Shown in pieces: positions 62,461-64,000 of a stretch of DNA of 64,000 nt (position 1 is the first letter of the stretch; the number at the start of each line of letters is the position of its first letter). The stretch is taken from NCBI GenBank assembly GCA_030647355.1, contig JAUSIS010000013.1, positions 48,353-112,352 on the forward strand, read 5' to 3'. Made by a program: the position numbers and the translations under genes. The DNA is from a bacterium (GTDB lineage: Bacteria; Patescibacteriota; UBA1384; VFKW01). The notes under the pieces are model-generated. The model was not told the origin of the DNA. It searched no databases and saw only the letters and a program-made list of their open reading frames with translations.

Positions 62461-64000
62461 ATGGCTAAATTCGTCCACTTACATACCCATAGCCACTACT
62501 CCTTGCTCGATGGATTGGGAAAAATCCCCGAACTTGTTAAACGTGCCAAAGAATTAGATATGACAGCTCTTGCTCTAACTGATCATGGAGTAATGTACGG
62601 AGCAATCGAGTTTTATCAAGAATGTATAAAAGCCGGCATTAAACCGATAATCGGCGCCGAATTATACCTTGCCCAGCGTACCCTGAAAGACAAAACCCCA
62701 AAAATAGACAGTTCACCCTATCATCAAATCTTACTGGCTAAAAACTTTGCAGGATATCAAAATTTAATGAAACTGACATCCATCGGTTACTTACAAGGCT
62801 TTTACTACAAACCACGTATTGACCTCGAAACTCTGGCAAAATACTCGGAAGGTCTCATAGGAACTTCCGCCTGTTTAGCTGGAATAATCCCCCAAAAAGC
62901 CCTAAGCGGCGACATGGCAGGCGCCAAGAAAGCTGCCAAACAATTATCGGACATCTTCGGAAAGGACAACTTCTACCTCGAACTCCAGTATCATCCCAAT
63001 CTGGACGGACAAAAAAAAGCTAATGAACTGCTGATAAAAATAGCTCGCGAACTCTCATTACCCCTCGTTGCTACCAATGATATCCACTATGTTAGGGCAA
63101 AAGACAAAGAAACCCACGAAGTCCTTCTTGCAGTCAATACTGGCAAAGATTTGGATGACAAGGATCGTATGACCCTAAGCGATATTGACCTGTATATGGA
63201 AGACGAAGAATTTTTTAAAACTAATTTCAAAAATGTACCGGAAGTTATCGAAAATACAGCCAGAATCGCCAACGCCTGCAACCTCGAGATTCCCCTAGAT
63301 CAGAAACTCCTTCCGCATTTCAAAGTCCCGACAAATCAGACTGATGCAGAATACCTGCGCGATCTATGTGAAGAAGGATTGAAAAAACGCTATAGCATAA
63401 TTACTTCTGAAATAGAAAAACGGCTTGACTACGAACTAGATACCATCAACCAAATGGGATTTGCCTCCTACTTTTTGATAGTCGCCGATATCGTATCATG
63501 GGCGAAAAATCAAGGCATTCTGTGCGGACCCAGAGGATCAGCCGCCAGCGCCCTGGTCGCTTATGTTCTAAACATTGCCGATATTGACCCCTTGAAATAT
63601 AATATGCCTTTTGAAAGATTCCTCAATCCGGACCGCATTTCCATGCCGGATATAGACATGGACTTTCCCGATGACCGCCGGGCAGAAATTATCCAATACG
63701 TCCGCGACAAATACGGAGACGACCATGTTGCCGGAATAATTACCTACGGAACTATGATGTCGCGCGCTGCCGTGCGCGACGTTGGCCGCGCCCTTGGCAT
63801 CCCATATGGCGAAGTTGATACTATAGCGAAATTGGTTCCTCCGCCAATTCAAGGACGCTACACGCCCCTGCAAGAATCCATCAAAAATTCGCCCGAGCTA
63901 AAATCAATTTACGAATCTAATCCACAAACTAAACGTCTTCTTGATTTAGCGTCAAATATCGAGGGTACAGTCCGGCATGCCTCACAGCACGCCTGTGCAG
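62461..64000 (+). CDS. dnaE: DNA polymerase III alpha subunit, N-terminal part (3' end outside window)
   Basis: PHP domain start FVHLHTHSHYSLLDG. The frame is open to the window end. It is absent from the ORF table because no stop codon falls in the window. Confidence 0.85.
   Translation, partial: MAKFVHLHTHSHYSLLDGLGKIPELVKRAKELDMTALALTDHGVMYGAIEFYQECIKAGIKPIIGAELYLAQRTLKDKTPKIDSSPYHQILLAKNFAGYQNLMKLTSIGYLQGFYYKPRIDLETLAKYSEGLIGTSACLAGIIPQKALSGDMAGAKKAAKQLSDIFGKDNFYLELQYHPNLDGQKKANELLIKIARELSLPLVATNDIHYVRAKDKETHEVLLAVNTGKDLDDKDRMTLSDIDLYMEDEEFFKTNFKNVPEVIENTARIANACNLEIPLDQKLLPHFKVPTNQTDAEYLRDLCEEGLKKRYSIITSEIEKRLDYELDTINQMGFASYFLIVADIVSWAKNQGILCGPRGSAASALVAYVLNIADIDPLKYNMPFERFLNPDRISMPDIDMDFPDDRRAEIIQYVRDKYGDDHVAGIITYGTMMSRAAVRDVGRALGIPYGEVDTIAKLVPPPIQGRYTPLQESIKNSPELKSIYESNPQTKRLLDLASNIEGTVRHASQHACA

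Noticed and set aside
63087-63873. Two minus-strand ORFs (63087-63281 and 63568-63873)
   Set aside because: They are antisense within the open dnaE reading frame, which has clear PHP-domain homology.

Overview
This 64 kb window is AT-rich (roughly 38-40% GC by eye), gene-dense and bacterial. Core housekeeping genes sit in a Bacillus-like order. They include gpmI (truncated at the 5' edge), tatD, metG, rsmI, mntH, ksgA, two YabE/RpfB-like cell-wall proteins, pcrA, dnaB and dnaX. Further along are folE, gltX, yraN, rplS, rpmA and the 5' part of dnaE. A complete secretin-less type IV pilus cluster is present (pilB, pilC, two pseudopilins, a PilX-like protein, pilM, pilN, pilO), and pilB carries an N-terminal HU/IHF-like domain. 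The window also holds several two-component elements: two sensor kinases, four stand-alone CheY receivers, and a rhomboid protease fused to a receiver-like domain. One of these signalling sets is an unusual minus-strand operon: SemiSWEET, a ThiF-like E1, a GH3/PaaK-like adenylating enzyme, a histidine kinase and two CheY receivers, next to a PaaX/Cas2-like regulator cassette bounded by 35-bp direct repeats. There is an Fe-S/redox island (sodA, iscU, nifS, nfu, rrf2, grx, arsR), a polysaccharide locus (GH26, GT2, CE4), a large GH5 enzyme, and a giant FN3-type surface protein co-oriented with a MacB/FtsX-type ABC pair. The non-coding content is the most unusual part. (1) A dispersed perfect palindrome, TCCGCCAGCTGGCGGA, occurs at least 7 times, twice as an in-frame 13-aa insertion (IRQLADKSQ) in pcrA and nifS. 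(2) Two copies of a TIR-flanked repeat (about 134 and 143 bp) lie in the 5' regions of ksgA and nifS. (3) A degenerate 37-38 bp tandem array sits upstream of the giant surface protein gene. (4) A GC-rich 1.5 kb island (12.0-13.5 kb) carries three orphan ORFs, paralogous leader cassettes and four intrinsic terminators. (5) There are three candidate structured-RNA loci: one at 15.33-15.56 kb with a consensus sigma70 promoter and terminator, one at 40.80-41.09 kb between a tRNA-Glu and a duplicate of its 3' end, and one at 61.59-61.87 kb between rpmA and rplS. (6) Two DnaA boxes lie in an AT-rich stretch next to dnaB. tRNA-Glu(CUC) and tRNA-Gln(CUG) are present, the latter with a truncated upstream duplicate. 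No CRISPR array, IS element or integrase was seen. A CPR/Patescibacteria-like origin is an inference only.
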